Virus record (IMG/VR): IMGVR_UViG_3300021959_008125
Span: 1-64,000 of that record
DNA: 64,000 nucleotides
DNA from: a virus
Reading direction: 5' to 3' (one strand)
Every line of letters starts with the position of its first letter. Position 1 is the first letter of the stretch. Below are positions 20,276-30,748 of this stretch, piece by piece. The translations under genes were made by a program, and so were the position numbers. Below the pieces are notes generated by a model. That model was not told the origin of the DNA, searched no databases, and worked only from the letters and a program-made list of their open reading frames with translations.

Positions 20276-21132
20276 GTTTTAATACTTTATACTGTAACGG
20301 GGATAGTTGGACAGCAGGTGATATTGTTGACCCAGAGCTATTTGGGGACAATTTAGCTAAAGTTAATGATCCTCTAAACAAACCTTACAGGCTACCTAGA
20401 GTGTGGCCTCATAAATTAGCAAAAAAGTTAGGAGTAGAATGTATTAATAATGCCCATGCTGGAGCGTCTAACGATAGAATAGTTCGTTCTACTATAAATG
20501 ATGTGACTGAGCTACTTAATACAAAAAAACCAGAAGAAATATTCGCAATTATAGGATGGTCTTCTCCTGAAAGAAAAGATTTTTATTATAAAGCAGATAA
20601 AAACAATTCTGAATATTGGTTCTGTGTTTATCCTGCTGAATTTAGACACTGGAATGATGATAATAAAGATTTAAATGACTTTTTTAAGCTGTATATTAAT
20701 AGGTTTTGGAACAAAGAAGAGTATCTATCTAGACATTGCTTAAATGTTTTATCTTTACACCATTTTTTAAAAAGTAAAAACATTAAACATTTTTTCTTCG
20801 ATTGCTTTTATGAAGATAAAGAAGGAGTAATAGACGAAAATACCCACCAGCTTTATGAACAACCTTCTCTTCAGAATAATTTGAAAGCTTTCTATACTAA
20901 TACCCCTAAAAAAAAGTTAGAGAGACTAGACATACAGCATTCTTTACAAGAGGTAGTAGAGTTATATAAAAAACTTTATCCTAATGAAACTTTTTTAGAG
21001 TACATAAGAGAGTTAGAAAAAAATAAATTTAAACCTTTTGAATTAGTAGACTACCATCCTACAGAATTTGGACATGATTTTTGGTCTAACTATTTATATA
21101 ATTTTTTAAAATGCTCAAAACAGTTAATTTAA
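20263..21132 (+). CDS. SGNH/GDSL hydrolase-like protein (possible O-acyl esterase/transferase)
   Basis: NGDSWTAG (block I), GASNDRI, IGWS, DYHP (block V). Confidence 0.75.
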   Translation: MAAVSFNTLYCNGDSWTAGDIVDPELFGDNLAKVNDPLNKPYRLPRVWPHKLAKKLGVECINNAHAGASNDRIVRSTINDVTELLNTKKPEEIFAIIGWSSPERKDFYYKADKNNSEYWFCVYPAEFRHWNDDNKDLNDFFKLYINRFWNKEEYLSRHCLNVLSLHHFLKSKNIKHFFFDCFYEDKEGVIDENTHQLYEQPSLQNNLKAFYTNTPKKKLERLDIQHSLQEVVELYKKLYPNETFLEYIRELEKNKFKPFELVDYHPTEFGHDFWSNYLYNFLKCSKQLI

Positions 21133-22418
21133 CAGATAAGTTTAATCAAACAAGTTTACACGCACCTGACAGAGATATTTTAGATTTATATAAGAATATT
21201 TCTGAAATAACAGAAATCGACGACAGTGGACACACAATTACACGACCACTGTTTTCTCATTCTGATATGGGCTCTTTTCTAAATATAGAATCTGTAAGTA
21301 TAGATAATTTTAAATGGGATAGACCTTTCATTTATAGTGTGATTCTCCACCACCATATTGCATTAGCCGCTAAACATCTAAACATTATCCCTAAAAAAAT
21401 ACAACAGGAAATAAGAAATGAAAACTGTAAGTTAATACTTGACGATTTAATGGAAGGAGATAATCCTACTGATTTTTTTAAAGAACTACATATTAGTATA
21501 GAAAAGTTAAAACTAAAAGGTAAACAAATATACTACATTACTAATAATCTATATGCTGAAGATGTATATAAACAATGGTACCTTAAATTTAATCCAAAAC
21601 AAAAAATAAATGTGATAAGTTTTCCTTATGATATCTTTAAAGTAAGGTTTTTAAAGGAACGAAACCATTTACCTAAGTCAGTAAATATAGATGAGCTTAT
21701 AACATACAGAGAAAAGAATATACAAAATATACGTACTTTCCTCCAGGTTAATAGAACTACTCGCCCTGAACGTAACTTATATATGCTCTATATTAATAAA
21801 AATAATCTGTACGATAAATTTAAATTAAGTTTTCATAAGTATAATACTGATTATAGATTCACAGAGCATGTATCAGAGTTATTTAAAGATATATTACAAA
21901 CAGAAAATATAGAAAACCTTATTTCTAAAGTTCCATTCGACATAGACGAAACAGATAAAACAAACCACGGTCCTCCTGGGTTTAAACCAGGATATTTTAA
22001 CGCAGATCTACCATATAACCCAGTTCATTACACGAATACTTTTATAAGTACAGTTATGTGTGCCTTTCCGTTTGTAGAAAACGCATGTCATCTGCACGAT
22101 TCAACTTATAATCCTATATACTGCGGTCATCCTGTTATTCAATTTGGACCCTACAGACATTTACAAAAGTTAAAAGAACTAGGATTTAAAACTTTCGATC
22201 GATGGTGGGATGAAAGTTATGATAATATTGAAGACGGATGGGAAAGATTAAATGCTGTATTCGATATTATAAAACAGATTTCTAAACTCTCTAATAAAGA
22301 TTTATTAAAAATGAATAGAGAAATGAAAGATATACTCATTCATAACTCAGAGTTAATAAACAATTTTGACGTAGAAAAACACCTTGTAAAACGAATTTTT
22401 GATGAAACAGTTTTATAG
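21111..22418 (+). CDS. Putative GT-B-like glycosyltransferase (phage 'GFKTF...DESYD' family)
   Basis: NR..RPER; PI..GHP; LKELGFKTFDRWWDESYD. Confidence 0.5.
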   Translation: MLKTVNLTDKFNQTSLHAPDRDILDLYKNISEITEIDDSGHTITRPLFSHSDMGSFLNIESVSIDNFKWDRPFIYSVILHHHIALAAKHLNIIPKKIQQEIRNENCKLILDDLMEGDNPTDFFKELHISIEKLKLKGKQIYYITNNLYAEDVYKQWYLKFNPKQKINVISFPYDIFKVRFLKERNHLPKSVNIDELITYREKNIQNIRTFLQVNRTTRPERNLYMLYINKNNLYDKFKLSFHKYNTDYRFTEHVSELFKDILQTENIENLISKVPFDIDETDKTNHGPPGFKPGYFNADLPYNPVHYTNTFISTVMCAFPFVENACHLHDSTYNPIYCGHPVIQFGPYRHLQKLKELGFKTFDRWWDESYDNIEDGWERLNAVFDIIKQISKLSNKDLLKMNREMKDILIHNSELINNFDVEKHLVKRIFDETVL

Positions 22419-22818
22419 AAACTACACCATTATTAACTTTTTTAAAAAACCAATTTTAGAAAAGTACGAAAACATTAAAGTACATAATAATGCTAATGAA
22501 AATACTCTATTTGAAATTAAAAACTATGAAATAGACAATCACTTTTTATACAAAGGACATATACTTTTGTTTGGAAAGTTGATTTATCCTATAGAAGATA
22601 TACTAAAACATTCGTTATCGAGATTTAATTTATATGCCAACCACAGTTCATTGAACACAGTAAATCATTCTACAGTAGATCGTTCTGTAGTATACTGCAG
22701 TTCTTGGGTGCTTCCATTTATTTTTCATAATATGGAAAGTAATAAATCTCTATACGAAGCTTGTATAAGACATAGAATACAGGTAGAAACATTTGATAAA
22801 ATTTCTATACTATTATGA
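22402..22818 (+). CDS. Hypothetical protein
   Basis: Intact ORF overlapping both neighbours. Confidence 0.45.
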   Translation: MKQFYRNYTIINFFKKPILEKYENIKVHNNANENTLFEIKNYEIDNHFLYKGHILLFGKLIYPIEDILKHSLSRFNLYANHSSLNTVNHSTVDRSVVYCSSWVLPFIFHNMESNKSLYEACIRHRIQVETFDKISILL

Positions 22819-23615
22819 GAATAGCAGTACTATTAAGCGGTCAAGTAAGAGATTGGATGGTCTGTAGAGATAACCAAAAGTTCTTTTGGACTTCCTGTAC
22901 CCAAAAAGACCCTCAAGTAGACTACTTTATACATACATGGGATTATAGTCAAGATAGAACAGGAGTTACAAAACCTTATCAAAACAGAAATATATCTGAA
23001 CAAGAATTTGAAGAAATTTTAGATTTTTACCAACCAAAAAAGTATATTATAGAGAGCAAACCTAGTAAAGATGTATTTTATGATGACCACTGGTGTAACT
23101 TATTTTATAGTTTCGTTAAGTCTTTACAGTTTAAAAGAGAGTATGAATTAGAAAATAATTTTAAATACGATGTAGTTGTTAAATCGAGATTCGATTTAGC
23201 TTTCGATCCAAGATACCATTTCAGGATACCGGTACTTTTTAACAATTGCCTCTATACTACCCACGGAGGTCCTATGGAAATGGAATGCGGTATGTTTAAT
23301 TTTAACGACTGTGTATTTCTAGGCAATTCTTATTCTATGGATTTACTTATTAACATCTACCATTATCGTCAGTTTCTTATAAGAACATTTGAACAAAAAG
23401 ATTCTCTAACAGATAATCGAAACAGGCCCGGTCACCCATACGGTCCTGGTACTTTAATGCATGAATACTTCAGAGATTATGGAATAACACCTATGTTTAA
23501 TATGGGTTGGCAAGAAACTATAATTAAAGCAGGTCATCCAGAAGGACTTAATTTATTTAAACCTGAGGAGTTTGATATTATGGAAAAGTATTTTAGAGAC
23601 TGGTATCTTAATTAA
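22815..23615 (+). CDS. Putative glycosyltransferase-like protein (IAV..SGQ.R / YD....R.D family, paralog 1)
   Basis: RIAVLLSGQVR; FIHTW; YDVVVKSRFDL; NDCVFLG. Confidence 0.6.
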   Translation: MRIAVLLSGQVRDWMVCRDNQKFFWTSCTQKDPQVDYFIHTWDYSQDRTGVTKPYQNRNISEQEFEEILDFYQPKKYIIESKPSKDVFYDDHWCNLFYSFVKSLQFKREYELENNFKYDVVVKSRFDLAFDPRYHFRIPVLFNNCLYTTHGGPMEMECGMFNFNDCVFLGNSYSMDLLINIYHYRQFLIRTFEQKDSLTDNRNRPGHPYGPGTLMHEYFRDYGITPMFNMGWQETIIKAGHPEGLNLFKPEEFDIMEKYFRDWYLN

Positions 23616-23616
23616 T

Positions 23617-24552
23617 ATGAAAAAAAAGATTGCTTTTTACTGCTGTACTAATGGATTAGGGCATTTTAAACGAGTTAATGAAATAGCAAAATATTTAACT
23701 GACCTGTTTAAAATTACCATCTATTGTAACCAAGTACAGGCAGAAAAAATTGGGAAGCTTGATACCGTAGAGTATATTTTTTACTCTCAAGACAATATAA
23801 AATGGAATTTAGTTACTCAAGGCCATGGAAAAAAAGCAATAGATACCTATTTTAACTGGCTACAGCAATACGGTCCAACAGTTAAACAGTATGATATAGT
23901 AGTTTCGGATAATTTAGTAGGATTATGTGATTATGGAAATGTACTTCTAATGGGTTCATTTTTTTGGAAAGACGTTTTTAATTCATATATAGGTGAAAAC
24001 CTACTCAGTAAAGTTGATGAACGAATACTTTCTGAGAAACAACCTGTAATTTGTACAAATAAGTATGTTGAAACACAATCAATTAAAGAATATCCATTTA
24101 AATTTCAATCAGGATTTGGATGTGAACAGCAGCTTAAAGTAGCGAGTGAGACTAAACATACAATTATACAGTATCCTAGTTTACCTTATTTAGAAAAGTA
24201 TAATACATATCTAGATAAATTATTTAGTATACAGGAACTTGGATGTACGAAAAATTTATCGTATATTTATGATACTCGTATAATCGCAAGACCTGGAGTT
24301 GGTACTATTACTCATTGTGTAGAATATAGAATTCCTTTAATTGCTTTGTACAGTAATAAAGATTCTGCAGAAATTATAGAACTAGCTCATATAGTTGAAG
24401 AATTAAAAATAGGGTACAAACAGAATATAGAGGAATCTTTAGATATGACTAAAATTAAGATGTTGAGATCAAATACAAATTTTTGTTATGTAGATCCACC
24501 TTTCGAACTAAACGGATACAGTAAAATTGCAAATTATATAAAAAAATTATGA
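23617..24552 (+). CDS. GT-B glycosyltransferase (GT28/MJ1255-like)
   Basis: NGLGHFKR; VVSD; ARPGVGTI...PLI. ATG at 23617 preferred over the track's TTG at 23572. Confidence 0.65.
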   Translation: MKKKIAFYCCTNGLGHFKRVNEIAKYLTDLFKITIYCNQVQAEKIGKLDTVEYIFYSQDNIKWNLVTQGHGKKAIDTYFNWLQQYGPTVKQYDIVVSDNLVGLCDYGNVLLMGSFFWKDVFNSYIGENLLSKVDERILSEKQPVICTNKYVETQSIKEYPFKFQSGFGCEQQLKVASETKHTIIQYPSLPYLEKYNTYLDKLFSIQELGCTKNLSYIYDTRIIARPGVGTITHCVEYRIPLIALYSNKDSAEIIELAHIVEELKIGYKQNIEESLDMTKIKMLRSNTNFCYVDPPFELNGYSKIANYIKKL

Positions 24553-25319
24553 AAATAGGTATTATAGGAAAAGGAGTCGTCGGCACGGCTATCAAAAAAG
24601 GTTTTGAGAAAATTAAACACGAAGTAAGTTATCATGATATTAAACATGATACTAAAATACAAGATGTATTAAATACTGAAATTATTTATATCTGTGTTGG
24701 TACCCCATCGGATAACGAAGGTAATTGTAATATTTCTGCAGTTATTTCTGTGGTAAAAGAATTAAGTGAATTAGAATACAGAGGAATAGTAGCAATTAAA
24801 TCTACTGTTAAACCAGGTACTACTTTAAAACTCAAAGAAAAACACCCAGAACTAACTTTATGTTTTGTACCTGAATTTTTAAGAGAAAGGTGTGCCTATG
24901 AAGACTTTGTGTATAATAATAGTGTTTTAGTGGTTGGTACAGATAATGTTGATGTTTATAAAAAGATAGTTAAATCTCATGGTGTTTTACCTACACATAA
25001 GTTACAGTTATCTATACCTGAAGCAGAATTAATGAAGTATTTCTCTAATACGTATAAAGCGATGAGAATAACTTTTGCTAATTCTTTTTACAGGCTTGCT
25101 AAACATTTTGGTGCTAATTACGATGCAATTAAAGATGCTTTTTTATTCCATGCAGTAGAAGAAGGACATTACTTAAGAGTTAATAAAGACTTTGGGTACG
25201 GGTATGGCGGAATGTGTTTACCTAAAGATACTAAAGCGATGAAAAAATTAGTAGAAGAGGAAGGACTAGACTTAGGTATATTTAAGTTTATCGATGAAGA
25301 GAATGATAAATTTGTATGA
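24549..25319 (+). CDS. ugd: UDP-glucose/GDP-mannose dehydrogenase family, lacking C-terminal domain
   Basis: GIIGKGVVG; KSTV.PG; PEFLRE; AELMKY..N; GYGGMCLPKD. Confidence 0.88.
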   Translation: MKIGIIGKGVVGTAIKKGFEKIKHEVSYHDIKHDTKIQDVLNTEIIYICVGTPSDNEGNCNISAVISVVKELSELEYRGIVAIKSTVKPGTTLKLKEKHPELTLCFVPEFLRERCAYEDFVYNNSVLVVGTDNVDVYKKIVKSHGVLPTHKLQLSIPEAELMKYFSNTYKAMRITFANSFYRLAKHFGANYDAIKDAFLFHAVEEGHYLRVNKDFGYGYGGMCLPKDTKAMKKLVEEEGLDLGIFKFIDEENDKFV

Positions 25320-26173
25320 AAATAATTTCTGGAGAAGCTATTCAAGATTTATGTGGAGTAAGTATAAGTAAGCAAGAACATAAACCTTTTGAGAGTAGTA
25401 ATCAAATAGATTCTATAGATATAGATAATTTTGATTTTGAAAATTTTGACAACCCTTATAAAGTATATGTAAACAGTTCTCTCATTAATCGAGTAAAGCC
25501 AAAGTTAATTGAATCGAAACTATATGAAAAACTTTCTAAGTTTCAAAACCCTTTCGACCTTATACTACATAACTCAGATGACTCTTTTAATGATGCACAT
25601 CTAAACTTTTTCAATTTACCTAAAGTTAAAAGAATATTTTCACAAAATGTCAACACTACTAATAGTAAGTTGATTCCTTTACCAATAGGTCTAGCAAACA
25701 GTTTTTGGAAGTGGGGCGATAAAGAGTACTTTAAAACAGAATTAAAAGAGCTTATTCCAAAAACTAAATTTATTCACTTTAACTTTACTGTTTATGATGG
25801 CGGGGTAAGAGATGAATATAGACCTCAATGTTATGAAGCTGCTATAAGTAAAGGGTTAGAAACTACACCCAGCTTTGAATTTAAAGAATATGTAAAAGAG
25901 TTAAAAAAATACAAATACAGCTTAAGCCCTGAAGGTAATGGAATAGATTGTTATAGAATGTGGGAATGTTTGTACCTTAAAGTTATACCTATATGCCATA
26001 GAAACATTTTAACTGAGTATTTTTCTAAGATTTTTCCTATAGTATTAGTAGACGATTGGAATGATTTAGATATAAACTACTTAGAAGAAAATTATGAAAA
26101 ACTTTCTAATTGGAAAAATTACTACTTGTTAGACTTAGATCTATATCTTAAACATATAAATTTTTATGATTAA
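25316..26173 (+). CDS. Exostosin-like (GT47) glycosyltransferase
   Basis: LHNSD; PIGL; YSLSPEGNGIDCYRMWECLYL.VIPI. Confidence 0.7.
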   Translation: MKIISGEAIQDLCGVSISKQEHKPFESSNQIDSIDIDNFDFENFDNPYKVYVNSSLINRVKPKLIESKLYEKLSKFQNPFDLILHNSDDSFNDAHLNFFNLPKVKRIFSQNVNTTNSKLIPLPIGLANSFWKWGDKEYFKTELKELIPKTKFIHFNFTVYDGGVRDEYRPQCYEAAISKGLETTPSFEFKEYVKELKKYKYSLSPEGNGIDCYRMWECLYLKVIPICHRNILTEYFSKIFPIVLVDDWNDLDINYLEENYEKLSNWKNYYLLDLDLYLKHINFYD

Positions 26174-26801
26174 CCATATTAATAAGTTTATTTTTTTACA
26201 TATTCCTAAAACAGGAGGAATGTCTATTGGACAAACTCTATACAATTTGATGGGAGTAACTAAAAAATATGACGGATTTAGAATACATCATGATGAATTT
26301 AATGAAGATATATTTAGAGATTACTTTGTTTTTACTTTTGTCCGAAATCCCTGGGATAGGTTATACTCCCAATATAAATTTAGACCTTTTCTTAAAGAAC
26401 ATAATTTTGAATACGCAGTTAATAATTTAGAAGATTTATTTGAACAAGAATTAGGCGGTATACCTGATAGTGCTAAGTACACTTTGAACACTCCTATTCA
26501 AACAGTATCAGATGGTTCCGGTGAATTCATACATTTAGCTAGTCAAGTAGAATTCCTTCAAGGAAAATTTAGTCAAAATGTTGATAGATTACCTTTTATA
26601 AATTTTATAGGTAGATTTGAAAATTTACAAGAAGATTTTAATTATGTGTGCAGTAAGATAGGAATACCACAAACACAGCTCTTACATATGAACAGAGGAA
26701 ACTCAAGTACACCTTATAAAGATATTTATAATAAAGAGTTAGTAGAAAAAACCAGAAAAAAATTTTCTGACGATATAAGTTATTTTAATTATGAGTTTTG
26801 A
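26166..26801 (+). CDS. Sulfotransferase family 2 (carbohydrate sulfotransferase-like)
   Basis: FLHIPKTGG (5'-PSB); FTFVRNPWDRLYS (3'-PB); FIGRFENL. Confidence 0.88.
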   Translation: MINHINKFIFLHIPKTGGMSIGQTLYNLMGVTKKYDGFRIHHDEFNEDIFRDYFVFTFVRNPWDRLYSQYKFRPFLKEHNFEYAVNNLEDLFEQELGGIPDSAKYTLNTPIQTVSDGSGEFIHLASQVEFLQGKFSQNVDRLPFINFIGRFENLQEDFNYVCSKIGIPQTQLLHMNRGNSSTPYKDIYNKELVEKTRKKFSDDISYFNYEF

Positions 26802-27606
26802 TAATCTTTATTTTAATAAAGTACACTATTACTTTGATACTTTTTCTCACTTAGAAAATTTTGATATTATACCGTATCAAAAAGTCGTAGACCTGTATTT
26901 AAAGAATCATACTACGTTAAAAAAAAGTAACCAAAGTTTTGGTGAAAACGAACGTCCATTAAATTCTAAAGTAGATAAGTTAGACAGAAAAGGATTTTGG
27001 TTTGGTTTTGCCCCTATGTACTTTGAGGTTGATAAGTACGTTCAGACTAAAGCTGATGTAATATCTATGGATATGGTTGGAGTTGGAGAAACTTGGGATA
27101 ATTTTATTTATTTAACTATTCCCGGAGAATTAATTAATAAGTTTATGAATAGTGTGCATGATAATGAGGACTTGACCCTTGCTAAACAATTTATAGACGA
27201 GGTTGAGAAAAAGGACCCTAACTGGGAAACCGAATACTACCTAGAACTACAATCAGAATACGATAAAAGATATAATGAACATTCAGAATATACTGATTAT
27301 TTTGAGACTCATAAGGTTCTGAAGTGGAGACAAGATATAAGCTTTGAACAATATCAGTCAATTAAACAAAACGGACTTATATACCCAATCTGTTATAATA
27401 ACTCAGAAGAAATCTTTGACAGAGGTACCCACCGCGCAGTTTTTCTAGCTAAAAGTAAAAGTGATGTACCTGTTTTTATACAGTTCCCTATAGATAAACC
27501 TTTAAATATGCAAATACATACTCCACCTCACTTTAGAGGATCAAAATTATTAATTGATTTAGATATACATAAAAAAAATATGGAGTTTAAATTTAAAGAT
27601 AGTTAA
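26791..27606 (+). CDS. Hypothetical protein with ParB/Srx-like C-terminal motif
   Basis: SIKQNGL.YPI...RGTHR. Confidence 0.45.
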   Translation: MSFDNLYFNKVHYYFDTFSHLENFDIIPYQKVVDLYLKNHTTLKKSNQSFGENERPLNSKVDKLDRKGFWFGFAPMYFEVDKYVQTKADVISMDMVGVGETWDNFIYLTIPGELINKFMNSVHDNEDLTLAKQFIDEVEKKDPNWETEYYLELQSEYDKRYNEHSEYTDYFETHKVLKWRQDISFEQYQSIKQNGLIYPICYNNSEEIFDRGTHRAVFLAKSKSDVPVFIQFPIDKPLNMQIHTPPHFRGSKLLIDLDIHKKNMEFKFKDS

Positions 27607-27607
27607 A

Positions 27608-28423
27608 ATGATACATATAATTACTTCCCACCATAATACTGAAGAGTTCATACTCCCTCAGATTCATTTTTTAAAGCAAAATTTAAAACAAGAGTATAAA
27701 ATATGGGCGTATTTTGACCCTGAGGATAAAAGTAAGATAAAAAAGTATAAAGACTATTTCTATTTTTTAGAGTATCCACCTTCTTTAATACAGATAATAA
27801 AACAAGGAGGTACAAGTAAAGATATAACATATAAAAACGAACCAGGTAGTTTAGATGCACATTACTTAAAACTAGACCACCTTACAAGTAAAGTAATTAC
27901 CGACGAAAATACAGATGATAATGATATTTTATTATTTTTAGACGGAGATTCTTTTCCTATCGCACCTATCGACGATTTTATAGAAGAAAAGCTCAAAAGA
28001 TATGAATTATGTGCTATTCAAAGATTAGAAAATGGATTTGATCTACAACCTCATGGTTCTTTTACTTTGACTACTGTAAAGCTTTTCAAAAGAATTAAAC
28101 CATCTTGGGCTCCTGGCTTTAGCTGGGTAAATGATTTTCTATCAGTAAGATCAGATGTAGGTGGTGAAATACTTCGTAAATTAATAGAACATAGAGTCGA
28201 CTGGTTTCCATTAAGAAGATCTAACAAACAAAATATACACCCAGTCTGCTTTGGAGTTTACGATGATCTTATTTATCACCACGGTGCAGGGTTTAGAGGT
28301 AAAATTGATGGATTTACTCTTAAACATAGACCTAACCAGAATACAGAAGAAATGTACGAGCAAGCAAGAATACTAGAAGATAGAATGAGTAAATTAGAAA
28401 CTTTTTATGATGTATTACTATGA
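27608..28423 (+). CDS. Putative GT-A glycosyltransferase
   Basis: LLFLDGDSFPI (DxD); DVGG; YHHG. Confidence 0.55.
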   Translation: MIHIITSHHNTEEFILPQIHFLKQNLKQEYKIWAYFDPEDKSKIKKYKDYFYFLEYPPSLIQIIKQGGTSKDITYKNEPGSLDAHYLKLDHLTSKVITDENTDDNDILLFLDGDSFPIAPIDDFIEEKLKRYELCAIQRLENGFDLQPHGSFTLTTVKLFKRIKPSWAPGFSWVNDFLSVRSDVGGEILRKLIEHRVDWFPLRRSNKQNIHPVCFGVYDDLIYHHGAGFRGKIDGFTLKHRPNQNTEEMYEQARILEDRMSKLETFYDVLL

Positions 28424-29094
28424 AAAAATTAGCAGTTTTAATTCACGCTCGTAGAGAAAGCACACGAGTACCTGACAAACATCTTAGACCTTTAGACTCG
28501 GCTGGATCATGTATGTTAGACATAGCTCTAAAAAATATAAGGGATTTAAAAAACGTCAACGAAAAATGGTTAGCAGCATGGGATGCAGATATAAAAGACA
28601 GGTATATACCAGGAGTTTCGATATTACATAGAGAAAGAGCATCTGTCGCACCTGGCAACTGTCACCACTCAATAATGTATAAACACTTAGAAGAAGTAAA
28701 ATCGGATTATATATGTAATTATAATCCATGCCAACCTTTTTTGGATGTTAGCAAAGTTCAAGAAGTCATAGATTGGTTTATATCTAGTAACTATGAAAGT
28801 GCTATAACAGTAAAAAAAGTAAGAAACTTTTTCTGGTACGATAATCTTAAACCAATTAACTTTAAACAAAAAGATAGATTATCAACTACTGCTGGTCCTT
28901 GGGTTTATGAAGCTACACATTCTTTAGTATTTTATAGAAAAGATTATATGTTGAACAATTGGGAATTATTTTCTAATGCAGAAAACGATCCTCATCCGTA
29001 TGTAATTGACTGGCCAGAAGAAGAGCTTGTGGATGTTGATACTGAGTTAGACTTTAAATTAGTAAAAACTTTATATAATGAAGTACATAATTGA
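28420..29094 (+). CDS. neuA: CMP-nonulosonate (acylneuraminate) cytidylyltransferase-like
   Basis: IHARRESTRVPDKHLR; NPCQPFL; VDVDTELDF. Confidence 0.8.
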   Translation: MKKLAVLIHARRESTRVPDKHLRPLDSAGSCMLDIALKNIRDLKNVNEKWLAAWDADIKDRYIPGVSILHRERASVAPGNCHHSIMYKHLEEVKSDYICNYNPCQPFLDVSKVQEVIDWFISSNYESAITVKKVRNFFWYDNLKPINFKQKDRLSTTAGPWVYEATHSLVFYRKDYMLNNWELFSNAENDPHPYVIDWPEEELVDVDTELDFKLVKTLYNEVHN

Positions 29095-29377
29095 TATAGA
29101 CAATACAATTTGTAAAGAGGAGGGACCTGTTATAGATAGAAGACCATACCTAGATAGAATAGAAAAAATTAATCAACTCTATGATGACGGTCATATTATT
29201 ATATTCTATACAGCAAGAGGAAATAAAAGCGGAAGAGGGGAAGCATATTATAGACCGATAACTGAAGCTCAATTAGAGAATTGGGGGTGTAAGTATCACC
29301 ATTTATTCTTTAAGCCTTTTGATGGTGATATATTTATAGATGATAGGAGTATTCATCCAAATGAATTTTTCAAGTAA
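29078..29377 (+). CDS. Cap-less HAD phosphatase (capsule-biosynthesis type)
   Basis: DIDNT; YTARG; K; FIDDR. Confidence 0.8.
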   Translation: MKYIIDIDNTICKEEGPVIDRRPYLDRIEKINQLYDDGHIIIFYTARGNKSGRGEAYYRPITEAQLENWGCKYHHLFFKPFDGDIFIDDRSIHPNEFFK

Positions 29378-30102
29378 TGAAACAGTTTTTTAATTTAGTT
29401 GTACCGATGGCCGGAAGAGGCTCAAGATTTACCGAACAAGGTTACACAGATTCAAAACCTTTTATCGATGTAAATGGAAAACCAATGATTCAAAGAGTCA
29501 TTGAGAACCTTAACTTTGAATTCAATCCAGATTTTAAGACTATAATTCTTTGTCAAAAATCAGATTATGAAAGATATGATTTTTCTATCTTTAAAGAGAT
29601 TATAGGACATAATAATATAGAAATTATTCAAGTCGACGGTATTACCGAAGGTGCAGCATGTACTTTGTTATTAGCAAAAGAATTCATTGATAGCGACGTT
29701 CCTATGTTATCATTTAACACTGATCAAATGATTGACTACGATGTTAACGGTACGTTCTTTAAAATGCAAAATTTTGACGGAGGTATACCTTGCTTTAAAG
29801 GAGATAGCACAGACTGGTCTTATGCTAAGACAGATGAAGTGGGATATGTAACTGAAGTAGCAGAAAAGAAAGTCATTTCAAATGATGCTACCGCAGGATA
29901 CTACTACTGGGCTAAAGGTTCTGATTTTGTTAAGTACGCAGAAGAAATGATTGCAGCTAACGATAGAGTAAATAATGAATTCTACGTAGCTCCAGTCTAT
30001 AATTATGCAATTAAAGATGGTAAAAAGATCTGCATTACATATGTAGATAAGGTATACGAATTAGGTACACCTTACTATTTAAAGAAGTTTTTAAATGGAT
30101 AA
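29377..30102 (+). CDS. Sugar-phosphate nucleotidyltransferase
   Basis: PMAGRGSRF; KPFI; EFYVAPVYN; LGTP. Confidence 0.82.
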   Translation: MKQFFNLVVPMAGRGSRFTEQGYTDSKPFIDVNGKPMIQRVIENLNFEFNPDFKTIILCQKSDYERYDFSIFKEIIGHNNIEIIQVDGITEGAACTLLLAKEFIDSDVPMLSFNTDQMIDYDVNGTFFKMQNFDGGIPCFKGDSTDWSYAKTDEVGYVTEVAEKKVISNDATAGYYYWAKGSDFVKYAEEMIAANDRVNNEFYVAPVYNYAIKDGKKICITYVDKVYELGTPYYLKKFLNG

Positions 30103-30748
30103 AAAAAGAGTTGCTATTTGCTTTTTTGGTCAGGTTAGAACTTTTAGAGTTTTAGATGAACTGTATAAAACTTTGAGTAGTGATAAGTTTGATGTAGATT
30201 ATTTTATAAGCACTTGGGATGATTTCAACGATAAATTTAAGTTTAATTTTTGCACAAAAAAAGAGTTCATCAAACCAGATATTATAAAATTTAAAAATAA
30301 TACGGATAGAGCAGCATATACTCTTTTTAGAGTAAATAATTTAAAATCAAGATTTGAAATAGATAATAACTTTATATACGACTGTGTGGTATGGACAAGA
30401 TCAGAAATTCTTTTTAAAGAAGATAGTTTAATAAATTTATTAGAAGATAAAATTTTTAACTGTGAAGATTACGAAATCAATACTTTGAGTAGTATAAAAG
30501 TAAATAAACAGAAAATTCCACATCTTCCTTTAGACTATTTCTACTTAGGTTCATCATTAGCTTTTGATCTTTACTCTACTGGATGGAAATCTTACTTTAA
30601 AAGTAAAAAGAAACCCTATGTAGGTCAAACTTACGGTGGTCATACCTTCCATCCTCATTGTATTTTAAAAAATAACTTAAAATTGAATGAAGTAAATATT
30701 CCTAACAAGTTTTTATTTAATCAAACAAAACAGAGAGAGATAAAGTAA
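30095..30748 (+). CDS. Putative glycosyltransferase-like protein (paralog 2)
   Basis: RVAICFFGQVR; FISTW; YDCVVWTRSE; DYFYLG. Confidence 0.55.
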   Translation: MDKKRVAICFFGQVRTFRVLDELYKTLSSDKFDVDYFISTWDDFNDKFKFNFCTKKEFIKPDIIKFKNNTDRAAYTLFRVNNLKSRFEIDNNFIYDCVVWTRSEILFKEDSLINLLEDKIFNCEDYEINTLSSIKVNKQKIPHLPLDYFYLGSSLAFDLYSTGWKSYFKSKKKPYVGQTYGGHTFHPHCILKNNLKLNEVNIPNKFLFNQTKQREIK

